A DNA stretch of 64,000 nucleotides from NCBI GenBank assembly GCA_051294375.1, contig CM119267.1, positions 16,966,606-17,030,605 of the forward strand. Reading direction: 5' to 3'. The notes below the pieces were generated by a model. That model was not told the DNA's origin. It saw nothing but the letters and a program-made list of their open reading frames with translations, and did not search any database. This stretch comes from Paraspadella gotoi (lineage: Eukaryota; Animalia; Chaetognatha). The position numbers and the translations under genes are program-made. This document shows positions 50,852 through 64,000 of the stretch, one piece after another. Every line of letters starts with the position of its first letter. Position 1 is the first letter of the stretch.

Positions 50852-53800
50852 TCAAGCCAGTTTCCTCCGTCGAAAAGCATTATTCAGACGATCTAGTTTC
50901 CGAGCATCCCATTCCGGAGGTGGTTGACCCACACCAATATGATCAACGATGCCTGTAACGAATTATCTGGTTATGACTACAAGACATCAAGGCTATAAGT
51001 CTATTTTGGTCAAATATTATATTAAGATATTTCTAACCATGGTTTTCTGCTGCATCTTGTTTATCAAGAGCGCCAGCGCCGTAATCTTTGTCGTCTCCAA
51101 AAGCGTGATCTTCATCATCATCCCCACCAGGTTCCTTTTCCTAAAACGTAACAGCAATCTTACTAAGCAGATATCTTTTTTACAATTCAAATACGACAGG
51201 ATAATTTAAATTTAAGTTCTGACGAGATAATGATTATTAAATAAAAAAAATATTTAATCGATCAGTTCGCATGGAAGAGTTTTTCTTGCTTTTGTGATGA
51301 TCTTTTTTTAGATAAACATGATTCTTAATTTGATGATTCTTTGATAATTTAATGATTCTTAATTTTTCATCAAAATAATTTAAGCAAGTAGACATGGATT
51401 TCAGAATGAAACCAAAGTTCCGGTTTTCATTCTTTTGGGATGCAATATTAAATTATGTACTTGATTGTGGTTTTCTTCTGGTGGATTCAGCTGCAACTGT
51501 GGTTGGTGGATGACGTTTGGAAACGGAACGACCTTCAGAGGATTGTCAACCTAATTTTACATTTTAATTACGATTGAAAAGGGAATCGGCTATGTATTTC
51601 TCATTATTTACATCTTAAATAGATTTTTGAATGTTACAACTTAAATGAAAATAGAATGTTATTCAGTCTTTCATGGAATATATTATATTATATTATATAT
51701 ATTATAAGGCCTTGCCTGTGGCTGCAAACCATCCACATTTAATTGACCGTCTCTCGGTGGGGATTGAATCACCTATCAAAGAAATTTAAAAATAATCTGT
51801 GGCGGTTTATTCATACTGCCTCAGTGCCTCTCCTCCTACGTTTTCCATCTAACCCCAGGGGCACCATCTCAACCATGCGTTCTATCCACAGTCCTAACGA
51901 CCTCCCTTTGTGTTGGCAAGGCTTAACGGTACTAATTTAAACATTGGGGGTCTGAAGCCCCCACCAGCAGAGCATCAGAGGCAACCCGACTGTTGCCATA
52001 AATTATATAAATCTTATGTATTTTAAAAACATTTTGGGTAATCTAAAGACGAGGCACGAGTTCCAAAATTAACGTCCTTAAAACCATACACGACTTTCTC
52101 GTACCTTAGGTGGCAAATTCTGCTCGCTTGCGCTTTTTTGCTTTTTGCCAACTTGAGGCGATTTCTAAAAATCAAACCAATAAAGGGTTGAGACGGATTC
52201 CTAAATTTAAAAATGATAAAGATTGGGTTTAAGACTTTATACCTCGGGAATCATGGGTTCAGCTATTTGCTGATTGTGGACGCCTATAATCGGAACTCGA
52301 GGTGTTTCGGGATCCTGATTAAATTTAGGTTCGGCGATAAATCCCATTTTGTTGTTGGGGATGGGAGGTTTTTTGACGAATCCCACGTCACCGTTAAATC
52401 GAGGCTGAGGAATTACGAGTCGAGGGCCATCCACGGGTTTAAACCCGGAATCTTTACTGTTGTGCCGCTTTGGCCATGGGTGAGCAATCTGAAGACTCTC
52501 TTGATCCTTGGGTATAACGCGTCCCAAGCCGGGGCTGTTGGCTAGAGACTTTGCCGAGTCCTTAAGGGATGCTGGGTCGGCGGCGGGTTTAGCGATTTGA
52601 GGATTAAGTACGTTTTTGTGGTCGAAATCCTCCGACCGAACGAAGCCGAGGGAAGGCACTTCGAGATTGTTTTGAAGGCCGTCGTTAAAAGTGTTGGCGG
52701 CGCGTGTGATGGGCAGAGTCCCCTTGGTCGGCTGGGAGTCTTCAGCACTAAATTGAAATGTGGGATTTTTTAAGATGAACACTTGAACAGTGTTGATTTA
52801 TGCCTAATCAGATTTAAAATAAAATCATACTGAAAATTTTTGTCAGAAACGTTTTGCTGTGGGGGAGTTTCCGATTCCTTATGTATGGAATTAGGATTTG
52901 ATGCAGCGTTTAGTTGCAGATTTTTATTCTTCTCCTTCAATTGCGCTAATGAAGCTACAAAAAGCATGCAAGTATTTCAATACAAATTTACAAAAATAAT
53001 TATCATAGAGCTTAATTTGTACATACCTTTTAAATCAGCATTTACTGCCTCAAGAGCAAGGAGTTTGGAATTAGTTTTGTCAATTATCTCTGATCTGTCT
53101 TTTAACTCTTGAGTGCATTTAGCTTGATCTTCGAGTTTTAAATCTTTCATTATTTGCATGGCCTGAACATAGGAGAAACAAACTAGAATTGTTTTCAATA
53201 TGAGAATTTGGGCATAATTTTACTTTCGCCGACCGGGGATAAGGGGGTTTAAGATTAAGGTGGTTTAGGCTTAGGGGTGGTTAGGCTTAATAGGGTTTAG
53301 GGTTAAGGTAATTAAGTAAAAAAATATTAAAATGTTTTTAAAAATGAATATTTTAAAGTAGTTTTTCAAAAGACACCAAAACTCCGGTGGGCGAAAGTAA
53401 AATGTTACCGGAATTTAAATATTTAAAATCAAATACCTTGGAATGTTCCTCATTTTCTCTTTCACACTCGCCGAGAGTCATTTTGTTAGTTTCGACAAGT
53501 TTTGCGTGCTCTTGAGTCAAATCGTCAAATTCGTTCTTGAAATGATTAAGAAATAAATTCAGGAATTTTAATCTAATTCAAATATTTTTTTGAACGTTAT
53601 TGATACTTGAACACTCTTTAAAGTCTTTAAAGTCTTTAAACTTTTTATAATACCTTAAGAAGTTCGTTTGATCTCTTTAACCCATCGATTTGTTTCTGGG
53701 CATTTTCCTGAATCTTTTCTTGGGCATTCTTCGCTTTCGATCTAATTACAAAAATATAATATGTTAAAATTAACAACTATTTAGATGGTGGGGTGTTGTT

Positions 53801-54259
53801 TCGGCTTCCTTTGGTTTGCTGAGAGTCCTCACACTTTTTAAAGTTAAACCTCCCCATTTCCTTAAAGGGCCCGAATGTTAAAAAAGTATAACCTAAAAGC
53901 GTTAAAGTCCTTGTTGATTGACCGCTGTTTCGCCGCGTCCTCATCCACTTGCTTCTGAAGTCTCGTATTATGTTCGCGAGTGACTTGAAGTTGGGCCGCC
54001 AATTCGTCCTTACTTTGTTTTACGTTAGCCATAGACTCCTCGAGTAACCTTAACAGTAATAAGATGGATCAGTCGACGAGACGAAAAAAGAAATTAAATT
54101 AAAGTGATGGGTAAAGTCTAAAATAATTAGTATTTACCGATATTCTTCCTTGTAATTGATTATGAGAAATGTGAGGTAAAGGAGAGAGATCACAGAAACA
54201 GCGATGATCAATGACAGTTTACGGCTCCCGGCCATGAGCATTCTTGTAGGGGACCTCAT
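50852..54259 (-). CDS. Type II membrane coiled-coil protein, GOLM1/GOLM2(CASC4)/GOLIM4-like
   Basis: Short basic N-tail, one TM (LSLIIAVSVISLLYLTFLII), coiled coil (LAAQLQVTREHNTRLQK), Pro/acidic low-complexity lumenal tail; many small exons. Confidence 0.6.
53210..53410. mobile_element. 201-bp MITE with telomere-like internal repeats, intronic
   Basis: TIRs GGGCATAATTTTACTTTCGCCGACCGG and revcomp CGGTAACATTTTACTTTCGCCCACCGG; 6-bp direct repeat GAATTT on both flanks (53204-53209, 53411-53416); interior TTAGGC/TTAGGG units. Confidence 0.8.
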
Positions 54260-55553
54260 TCCAAATGCGTTAAAGAATCACGTTTCTGGCTGCATTTTTA
54301 GTTTTTCTTTAGAACATGTCCACCTCGCGTTCCATACGCACATTTCGAAATCTATTGAACTAAATTATATTTTAATATAACGTTTAAAAAAGCTAATGTA
54401 TACGTCAAATTACCAGAGAATGCGAAGTTTCGAAAAATAGTAATTAAATCGCGTGGATTCCTCAAGTGATTAAAAAGTAAAATCCTTTCATATAAAAAAT
54501 CAAATCAGAATTCGAACCCATAAATTAGACCACATTGTAATCTATGTACATACATAATAGGCAAACTGCTCTTCTGTTCATAACGAAATCGAGAGAAAAT
54601 GAAAGGCAATATCTCGTTTCCCTTCATCGCCGATCCCCAGATCTTAAAAAAAAAATGCACGAGCTTCGAAAACTCCACGAACGTTTCTTAATTGGTTACG
54701 CGTAAATTGAGGTCCGAAATGCGGGAACGGCGAGGAAAGAAGGCCAGATATTAATGAAACAATTACGGCGTCTAACCCGGGGCTCGAAACGAAGAGAACT
54801 GCAAATGGCGGCGGCGGCGGCCGACGACGACGACGATGACGACGACGTCGAGTTGTGTTGAGACGAAGATGTCGTCGTCGTCGTTTTCGTCGTCGTCGCG
54901 CGAGTCTCGTTCCAAGTTCCTTTTCCTCCCTTTCTCTTTAATATTTTTTTTATATTTATTATCTATTGCGATAAAAAAATACACTTTTTTCTTTCAATCA
55001 CCTAAAATTCTGTCTTTTCGACGCGCCTACCCATCTTCGCAATGATGTTACGTTACATCGTCAATCTGGCGGTTTTCATTTTGAATTTGAAGGATTTTGA
55101 GAGTATCATTTGTTCGTCTTCTCTATCCTCTTCTCTCTCATTTTAAACGCTCGCCTTCTCCTTCTCTCCTTCCCATTTCCAGTGCGTATTTTTAGGAAGT
55201 CGGTGCATTAGATTAATTTTAAAATTTTACAATTTCGTTTAATTTAATTTTGCTTGTGTGATATTCCTATATTCCTATATTCGTACCTTTCGTGTTCTAT
55301 TCTTCTCAACTTATCTCCATTGTTGCAGGTTCTGATTTTACCATCCCTCCATCTTTCTCAGACCTCGCCTCACCGTACACTTAATTATTATTTTGAACCA
55401 CTTCAAATCTTTTGCGGTTTAATGGCCGAAACCTTTAAATTGAGTGCAGTCATCGTCTGATAATTCAATTTCGTTGTCCCCATTGACTTTTTTTTATTGA
55501 TTAATAATGTTTCTCGAATTTTCTCTAGATAACACTAAAAAACAACGCTTGCA
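54260..55553. promoter_or_regulatory. Probable bidirectional promoter / 5' region at the strand switch
   Basis: Divergent GOLM-like and SMARCD genes; CpG-rich patch 54715-54910 with a YY1-like AAATGGCGGC. Confidence 0.45.
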
Positions 55554-57345
55554 ATGCCCCCCCGAGGTCCCGGTGGTCCCTCTGGCTCCGGAAGCCCATT
55601 GCCCCCAGGATCGCCCGCCGGTGATCCTCAAATTACTGCGATTAGAATGGCCCACCAGCGGCCGATATCTAATTCGCCGACTCATTTTCCTGGCGGCGTT
55701 TCTTCTCCTTCTGCTAGAGCTTCCTTGGCCACTAATGTCTCTAAAGGTAGTAAAGGAGGTTCTACGCCAAAAAGAACAGAAACGTGGCAAAAAAATCTTG
55801 GATTGAATACCCGGAGCAGCGGACCACTTCCGTCCAGGGGTACCGTTTCTGGATCACTCCGAATGACCGTGCCCTCTCAGGGACCTTCTTCTGGCGTCGT
55901 GCCACCGCCCGAGCGTAAACGGAAAATGGCCGATAAGATATTAGCTCAAAAGGTGCGGGATCTCGTCCCCGAATCGCAGGCTTACATGGATCTCTTAGCT
56001 TTTGAGCAAAAGCTCGACTCTACGATCGTCCGAAAGCGCATCTATATTCAAGAGTCGCTAAAACGCCCACAGAAGATGAAACGAAAACTGAGAATTTTCA
56101 TTTCTCACACATTCTTTCCCACTAAAGACGAGAAGGTAGAAGATTTTAAGCGGGCGTTTTACTATATAATAGTATTTTGTTCAATTTACCTTTTAAAAAA
56201 TAAATTTTAATTTATTAGGAATGTTTACGAAAAAGCATCATCGACTACATTTTTTTCGTGTCACCCTTAGAACCCATATTCTTGTTACTTTATTTAACGT
56301 AGTCAAAATAGTTCCGCTCAACTATGAAAATCTTATTTCCCCCCTCTGGCTCAATCACTTTATTATCCATTACATTTAGGCTGGTGAGGATGGCCTTTCA
56401 GCCTCATGGGAGTTGCGCGTGGAAGGACGCCTCCTTGAAGACGTAAAAGCTGAATCCGCTGTGAGTGCAGCAGCGAAAGTTGTACCCAAACGGAAATTCT
56501 CTTCCTTCTTCAAATCCTTGGTCATCGAACTTGACAAGGAGTTGTACGGGCCCGACAACCATTTGGTAGAATGGCACCGCACGAGCGCCACCCAAGAGAC
56601 GGACGGATTTCAGGTCAAGCGGCCGGGCAATCAAAATGTCAAGTGCACTTTGCTTCTGTTGCTTGACTATCAACCGATGCAGTTTAAATTGGACAGCCGT
56701 TTAGCTCGTTTACTTGGTATCCACACTGCTACCCGCCCTACGGTTATATCCGCTCTCTGGAACTATATTAAGGATCACAAACTTCAGGATGCCCACCAGC
56801 GTGAGTTCATAAACTGCGATCGCTACCTAATGCAAATCTTCGACTGCATGAAAATGAAATTCGCCGACATTCCACAACGACTCCATCCGCTCTTGCACCC
56901 GCCCGATCCTATAGTTATTAATCACCTCATAACTATGGACGGCACCGATAATAAGAAGACGGCTTGCTACGATATTGATGTTGAGGTCGATGATGCTCTC
57001 AAGACCCAAATGAATAACTTTCTCCTCTCGACCACTAGCCAGCAGGAAATCGCGGACCTAGACTCGAGGATTCACGAAACCGTGGAAACTATTAACCAGT
57101 TGAAGACCCAACGCGAATTTATGCTCGGCTTTTCCCAGAATCCGGCAGATTTTTTGCAACGTTGGGTCGTGTCTCAAGGCAGAGATCTTAAATTAATGAC
57201 TGACGTGACAGGAAATCCCGAGGAAGAACGACGAGCAGATTTTTATTACAAAGACTGGACCCAAGAAGCTGTTTGTCGCTACTTTTATTCTAAGGTGCAG
57301 CAAAAAAGAACCGATCATGAACATAATTATATGAGTCGCAAATGA
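55554..57345 (+). CDS. SMARCD1: SWI/SNF subunit SMARCD/BAF60 (SWIB domain); exons 55554-56135 and 56380-57345
   Basis: [86 protein letters not shown]. Confidence 0.97.
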
Positions 57346-59231
57346 ATTTCGCAGATTTTTTACATAAATGCTTTAAATTTTAGTAAAATACGATGATTTT
57401 TATGGGCTTATTTTTGTGACCCAAGTTTCCAAAAAATTTAGTATGCAGATTGTGACTCAAGCGTAATGATATCGAATCAAGTAAATAAACAATTCACAAT
57501 TTCTTACACTTTTATACTTTTTACAGTTTTATACTTAAGTGACTCCCAAAAAATGCTTACCATTTATCATTGGTTTAATATTTTTAAAAAATTTTTCTTC
57601 CATCTTGTAGTAAAGAACTGGATGTTTATTATGTCCTAATTTCATAAAATTAATTTATTATTTACTTATGTAAAGAAACCTTTAACGATCATCCAATTTC
57701 ATTTTCAATAAAAAAACATTAAAAAAAAAAGAAAATCATTATAAATTAAGTACTCATTAATTATGCAAAGTATTGAAATTCAGTTACCCCATTAAATAAA
57801 GCATTAACTAAGAATTCTTATGGTATAAATTAATTATTCGCTCAGGGTAGAATTTTTTCGAATTATATTAATTGTACAAAAAAGATTTAAAATTAACAAA
57901 TTTAAAAAATAATTGAAATATCCTTATTCAAAAATTACCAGATATTTCGAGAATTTAGATACGCCATTGACTAGACCGTTAGGGATTTATTATAGCCTTT
58001 TTTCGTTAATTTAACTATGTTAGACAAAAAGTTCTACTTAGAATAGTAAATAAATAAAACATGAAATGAAACTTATATACAGTATTTCTTTTACTAATGA
58101 TGTACTTATGAATAATCTTTATCAGATATTAAAAGCATAGCAAAGTTTGGTGTCACTAGAGAACGGAAACTGGGTATATTTTACAAACGCTCTAAGAAAA
58201 TGTAGAAATATCTTCTATCGATTTTGAAACATCATTTTTCATTGTTCCGACCTCCTCTCCTCTGTACGGGATATTTGTAGTCGAGCATTGCAATATGTTC
58301 ACTGTAAAGAACTCCTTGACCAAGCAGAGATGGAAAAGTCGTCGGGAGAGAAACAGTGTTGATGACCGGGATCGCAGGCGCCGTAATGTATATAAAAAGT
58401 CTAATCCACTTGGCGTCTTGTTGATATTAATTGGGACCTCAATAAAATGATAAAAGCATATAGATATTCAAACAATCAATAAATACTAACTAGTAACTAA
58501 CTAGTCCTTTCCAAACGCCAATATAAAACCCTAAAGCCTCCTTTCAAGCCCAGGACCACGTTTCATAACTGCTTTATAGAGTTAAAGAAGTTCTTCAGCC
58601 CATTTAGCGCCTTATCCACATATTGACCCATTTTACTATTTACATTTAGTCACATTACCACAGATTCCTTTCCAGACAGCTTCCAATACCAGTAAATCAA
58701 ATTTAACATTTTTTGAGAAATCGTGAAAGACTCTCGTTTGAATTGGACCTAATGTAAAAAAAAATACCTTAAGAACTTATCTTAAGTCGTCGTCGTTTTT
58801 GTTCAAATTATTTGAGCTCCCAAAAAGTATATTTTTTGCATTTAAAATTCCTTCTCACTATTTGACATTTTTAAAATATCAGTACGCTTGAGACATGCTA
58901 TTTTCCTAAGTTTTCTAAATGGTTGGAGTTATCTTACATGTTGAGCACTTGCGTTTTTGATCGATTCCATATCAGAGGTATATTTTTATCTCGCCCGACG
59001 GGCAAATGCCTGATTTGGGTGAGATGTTAATTCGTTTCTGCTTCTTTTGACCGTAGTCGTCGTCGTCACACATTTAAAATAGCTCAAGTGTGTAATTATA
59101 GGAAGCTAAAAAATTAAATATAGCTTTTAATTAGCAAGATCTTTTAGATTCACACGCTTCAAATTCCTCCACTCATTTATTTTATTTCCAAAACAATTTT
59201 TATATATAAGGACGAGTTCAGCTGGTCAGCT

Positions 59232-60145
59232 GAATGACTCATCGCGTCAATGAATGACTATCATCGCATCAATGAATGATTATCATCGCATCAATGAATG
59301 ACTATCATCGCATCAATGAATGACTATCATCGCATCAATGAATGACTATCATCGCAGTCAATGAATGACTATCATCGCATCAAATGATACTATCATCGCA
59401 TCAATGAATGACTATCATCGCATCAATGAATGACTATCATCGCTCAATGAATGACTATCATCGCTCAATGAATGACTATCATCGCATCAATGAATGACTA
59501 TCATCGCATCAATGAATGACTATCATCGCATCAATGAATGACTATCATCGCATCAATGAATGACTATCATCGCATCAATGAATGACTATCATCGCATCAA
59601 TGAATGACTATCATCGCATCAATGAATGACTATCATCGCATCAATGAATGACTATCATCGCATCAATGAATGACTATCATCGCATCAATGAATGACTATC
59701 ATCGCATCAATGAATGACTATCATCGCATCAATGAATGACTATCATCGCATCAATGAATGACTATCATCGCATCAATGACATCTCATCAATGAATGACTA
59801 TCATCGCATCAATGAATGACTATCATCGCATCAATGAATGACTATCATCGCATCAATGAATGACTATCATCGCATCAATGAATGACTATCATCGCATCAA
59901 TGAATGACTATCATCGCATCAATGAATGACTATCATCGCATCAATGAATGACTATCATCGCATCAATGAATGACTATCATCGCATCAATGAATGACTATC
60001 ATCGCATCAATGAATGACTATCATCGCATCAATGAATGACTATCATCGCATCAATGAATGACTATCATCGCATCAATGAATGACTATCATCGCATCAATG
60101 ATTGTACTCATCATCGCATCAATGAATGACTATCATCGCATCAAT
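59232..60145. repeat. 22-bp minisatellite (ATCAATGAATGACTATCATCGC)n, about 41 copies, degenerate edges to about 60250
   Basis: Directly visible head-to-tail repeat without spacers. Confidence 0.97.
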
Positions 60146-60806
60146 ATTAGTTACAATTGTATCAATCCATTGGTTATCATCGCATCAATGATCAATTACT
60201 ATTACATCGATCAATATATATATATTAATAATTCGTTATCGCATCAATCATTCGGTTTTTTTTACGGATTTTTTCATTAATTTTCTTTGATAGTAACGTC
60301 TGGCGATAAGATATTTTTAGACACGTTTAAATAAGCATATGCCAATCTCTATCTATTGTTATCTTCATCCTTTGATTTCTTCACTTTCTTAAATGGCTTT
60401 GATTTTGATACAACTATTGTTGCTTTAATTTTGTTAATTAAACAACTGGATCTCACTTTAGGTAGAAGAAGTTAAAGCGAAAAAATTACAAGCGCTGTTT
60501 TTTTTTTTAAGATTTTATTTTCCTTTGTTACTTAAATTTTAGTTCTTAACTTTTTGATGTTTTTTCTTTTGTCCACTTAAATCGGTGATTATTTCGGAAA
60601 GAGATATCGAATGCTTAATGATAATTTAAAAATAAATATTTTAAGGGAAACTTCACAGGTGCTTGGTTCACGGTTTCTCATAAAATTATCATTTGGTCCC
60701 TTGACTCTTTTTCGTTATGACAGCTAAATTTAATTAATTTTTCCACTTTTCAATTGTTTTATGTAGGTTATTACTCATCTTTGATTTAAAATAAAAACTA
60801 TTGGTA

Positions 60807-62000
60807 ATGGAGTTTTTTATTTGCTTTTTTCTTGCTACGTCACTGTGTTTTAGTAGCGTAGTAGCTCGTTATCCTGTTGTTATAATTCCCGGTAAGCATT
60901 TTCATTTCAAAGAATTGACTAATTGATAATTATCACTATTATGTTTCTATTGTGACTAACAGTGGTTTTTCTGAAAATATTTTTCTGCGTATTTTTTTAT
61001 TACTTAGGTTACTAAGTTCATCATGCTAACCATATCACTATTTTTAAGATTCCTACAACATTAAATTGATTCGACGTTAGGCGATGGCGGATGCCAGTTA
61101 GAAGCAAAGTTAAACAAAAAGGCCAACAACGTCCACTCCCACACTGAAAACTTTGATCGAAGCAGCTCTGGTTCATTCCAGATTTCTACCAGCATAGCTC
61201 ATTATAATTATGTCTGCCCGACAAAAGCAGATTGGTAAGAAGTAGTGAAACTAATTTTTTTTTTAAGCAATAGCTAATTTATGAAGAAACTGACGTACTT
61301 GAGTTGAAATACGTGTATACTAAATTTCTTTTTGTCCAGGTATCGTCTTTGGCTTAACGTTTGGGACTTGACGTATAGACCGTGGGTTCGGTGCTGGGCG
61401 GACAATATCAAGCTTCGGTATAATTTCACTACAGGCACCAATGGGAACGTTCCAGGAGTTGAGACTAGAGTTCCCGGTTGGGGCAGAACTGAAACCGTGG
61501 AGTACCTCGATCCCTCCTGGTAATTCAGCTGCTTATGTTTTTAATAAAAATGCCTCGGGTCTTATTAGTTAATCGATTATTTCAATTGTTAGGTCTGCTC
61601 GAATACTTGGAGACGCCGGAAATTATATGGGCACGTTGGTTTCATATATGGTCAAGAGTTTGGGTTATACCAGGAGCGTGGACGTAAAAGCAGCTCCCTT
61701 TGATTTCCGTTTTGCGCCTTATTCTCAGGTATTCTCAAAAAAAAATAGTAATATGAAATTTTTTTTTGGCTATATATCAAATAAGTTATCACAAAGCAAG
61801 ATAATCTACTTTATCTGAAAATGTTTTACAGACGGATTACTTCAACCAACTAAGGATACTCATCGAAAACGCACGTATTGAACACGGCAAACCAGTAATC
61901 ATCCTAACCCACTCTCTAGGAGGACTCTTCGGGCTCTACTTTCTAAACCAACAACCCATTTCTTGGAAGAAACAGAACATTCGGGCTTTCGTTCCTCTTA
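60807..62000 (+). CDS. PLA2G15: Group XV lysosomal phospholipase A2 / LCAT family, 5' exons (3' part not identified in window)
   Basis: Signal peptide then YPVVIIPGDGGCQLEAKLNK, LWLN, CWADNIKL.YN, GVETRVPGWG.TETVEYLDPS, LGY....VKAAPFDFRFAP, catalytic THSLGG. Confidence 0.9.
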
Positions 62001-62224
62001 GTAAGGATATTTACTATTTATATTTTTCCGTTTTTTTGAGGGGAATTCGTTTTTATTTTTATGAATTAAAACTTTTTGGTGCATTAAATATTTAACCAAG
62101 GGGCAAAAACCAATATTTATTGAAAAGGAAGAAATGCAGGAATGGAAGGAAACACAAAAATTAGTTAATCAAAAAAATATATACAATTTTTGTATCTATT
62201 GTCATTAAATAATTTTTTAAAAGA

Positions 62225-62443
62225 AGTGTTCCTAATTACCCCATTGTGAGGTAAAACAGAACACTAATTTTTTTTAAAAATGCTGCCCCTAGCCCTCGGG
62301 GGCGCGTGATAAAAACGAATACATCAACCTATAGCGGAGAAACTTTCATAGATATATCACCAGAAAAAAAAATTTAAAAAAAATTACTATTCAAAAAGTT
62401 TGATTACTTCCAAAAGTGTTCCGAATTACCCCGCACTACCCTA
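62225..62443. mobile_element. Possible DNA-transposon terminus fragment in an intron
   Basis: Repeated motif AGTGTTCC(T/G)AATTACCCC at 62225 and 62415, ending in ...CACTACCCTA; no matching left end found. Confidence 0.3.
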
Positions 62444-64000
62444 ATCAATTAGATAAACTTTAATATAACAAGCGCATCGTTCAGCAAGCAGATCTTCAAG
62501 TAAATTGTGTTATCTTTTCCGAGCAAGCCAATAAGGTAATGTCAAAACAGCAAATTATGAGTTTTTAATTTTAAGTCCATATATGTTGAGGATATTGTTC
62601 TGTAAATATGTCACCGATAGAAAGCTAAGAGTCCTAGAATTCTTTTTTCTACAACTAGAACTGAAACTAAACCTTGTATACGTTATGGGGGGAGATTAAA
62701 TTCTTTTTCTCTCTCTTCTTGTCTACTCCCCACGGGAAATTTTCTCACTTTTCTCATTCGTTTTTTATTGGTTCGCACTTTTTTTTTTCAAAGTTCCGTT
62801 GGATTTGTTCACAACCTTACTTTGTTTATTACTGTAGGCGTCGTGCCCTCCTTTTTTATTCGGTCTTGAGTTATTTACGACTTACGTGCTTCGGTTGTGT
62901 CTCTTGAGTATTAGAGATTTCTTGCCGTCTTTCCTCGGCTCCATTTTTTGTGTTTCATGAGGATAGAGTGATTTCGTCTCTTCGTCCTGTCATGGTGCCA
63001 TTTGACGTATGCGCTCTCTATATAGCTTGTACGTGTGCGAGCTGCCGTACTCTCTATGTTTACTTTCTCTTATGATCTTCTCGATTAATTATAAGTGATG
63101 GCATATGGTAATATAGGTTCGTAATGACATAGACTTACGGCGCATGTTGAAATCAGCTAAGCGATGGGTAATGTAGATAGATGCAGGAAGGGTTTAGCTT
63201 GTGTCCCCATTGGAACGGATTTTTAAAAAATTTGAAAAATTGCGCTCAGCACCTTAAAAAATTTTTTTACAATATTTGCTCTAGCGCAGTTATTAATGAA
63301 CTAGCCCCATCATTTTTGCTCATAAATACTCCGAGACGAGACCTACATAATGATGTAATAAAATTTTTGAATTCATTTAATTTTTTTGGTTTTAATAATT
63401 AATTGGTCAAAATAATATTCAAAAGTATACTGTAAATATCCAAGGTAATTGATTCTTTTTTTATACAAAATGATACATTGAACTTGAGCAGTTATAATAA
63501 ATAACAAATAAAATTTTAAAAAATAATTTTAAATACCAAAAATATTTTTTCAATATTATAAAAATATATTATAGTCTTAAAACTAATTAAAATATTTAAA
63601 AACTATAAAGGGTTTGAAAGCGGACATTATGCTGATTCTAAATCTATTTTTGTTTTTAAATTTGATTTCTTGTTCTCGTTTTACAGACTCATACATTTGT
63701 AAAAATTAAAAAAATCATCCCTTTTTCAAAACCTTATAAAAAATGATTGGGTCCATGTATTGAAATAAAAATTTAAAACTAACTTTGAAAAAGTAATATC
63801 TTCTTGCTATTAAAATTTTAAATGAGAAGAATAGGATTTGCCAAAGATATCAAGGGAAGAAGTGTCATTATTTATATTTTTATGAAAAAAGAATAAGATT
63901 TTTTTTAATAAGCAATTGAACTATTCTTTCGTGGCCGAAGCGGCTAGGGCAGAGGTTCTTCTCAGACGAGGGTTTAGTAATGACTTAAATTTTCTGCAAT

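Noticed and set aside
59232-60145. CRISPR array
   Set aside because: Repeats are contiguous with no unique spacers, no cas genes, and the context is eukaryotic
63926-63985. tRNA gene (GTGGCCGAAGCGGCTAGGGC)
   Set aside because: Only an A-box/D-arm-like stretch; no convincing T-arm or acceptor stem

Overview
Compact, intron-rich eukaryotic (invertebrate-metazoan-like) genomic DNA with GC-richer exons and short AT-rich GT-AG introns; it is not prokaryotic. Splicing the ORF fragments by hand gives about 24 protein-coding genes. The dominant feature is 22 consecutive genes on the minus strand over about 54 kb (EPS15-like, a dual C-clamp protein, CEP19, an orphan with a MADS-like N-terminus, a type I membrane protein, GCNA, CWC25, MRPS15, MED9, tetraspanin, hnRNP K, ARG1/dnj-16-type DnaJ, FEM1, Canopy, LLPH, Ena/VASP, LYPLA, RPL37, ACTR8, MIER, RPL35A, GOLM-like). 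Many stop-to-start gaps are only 100-270 bp and carry an unpaired 3' splice acceptor just before the ATG, as expected for eukaryotic operons resolved by spliced-leader trans-splicing (inference). After a divergent strand switch come SMARCD/BAF60, a 22-bp minisatellite and a partial PLA2G15/LCAT gene on the plus strand. Other points: a protein with two C-clamps and no HMG or C2H2 domain, a CWC25 apparently lacking its conserved N-terminus, an in-frame TAG in a membrane-protein gene, two MITEs with clear target-site duplications, and a tRNA-derived SINE-like element. All family assignments are from motif recognition by eye; exon boundaries are manual.
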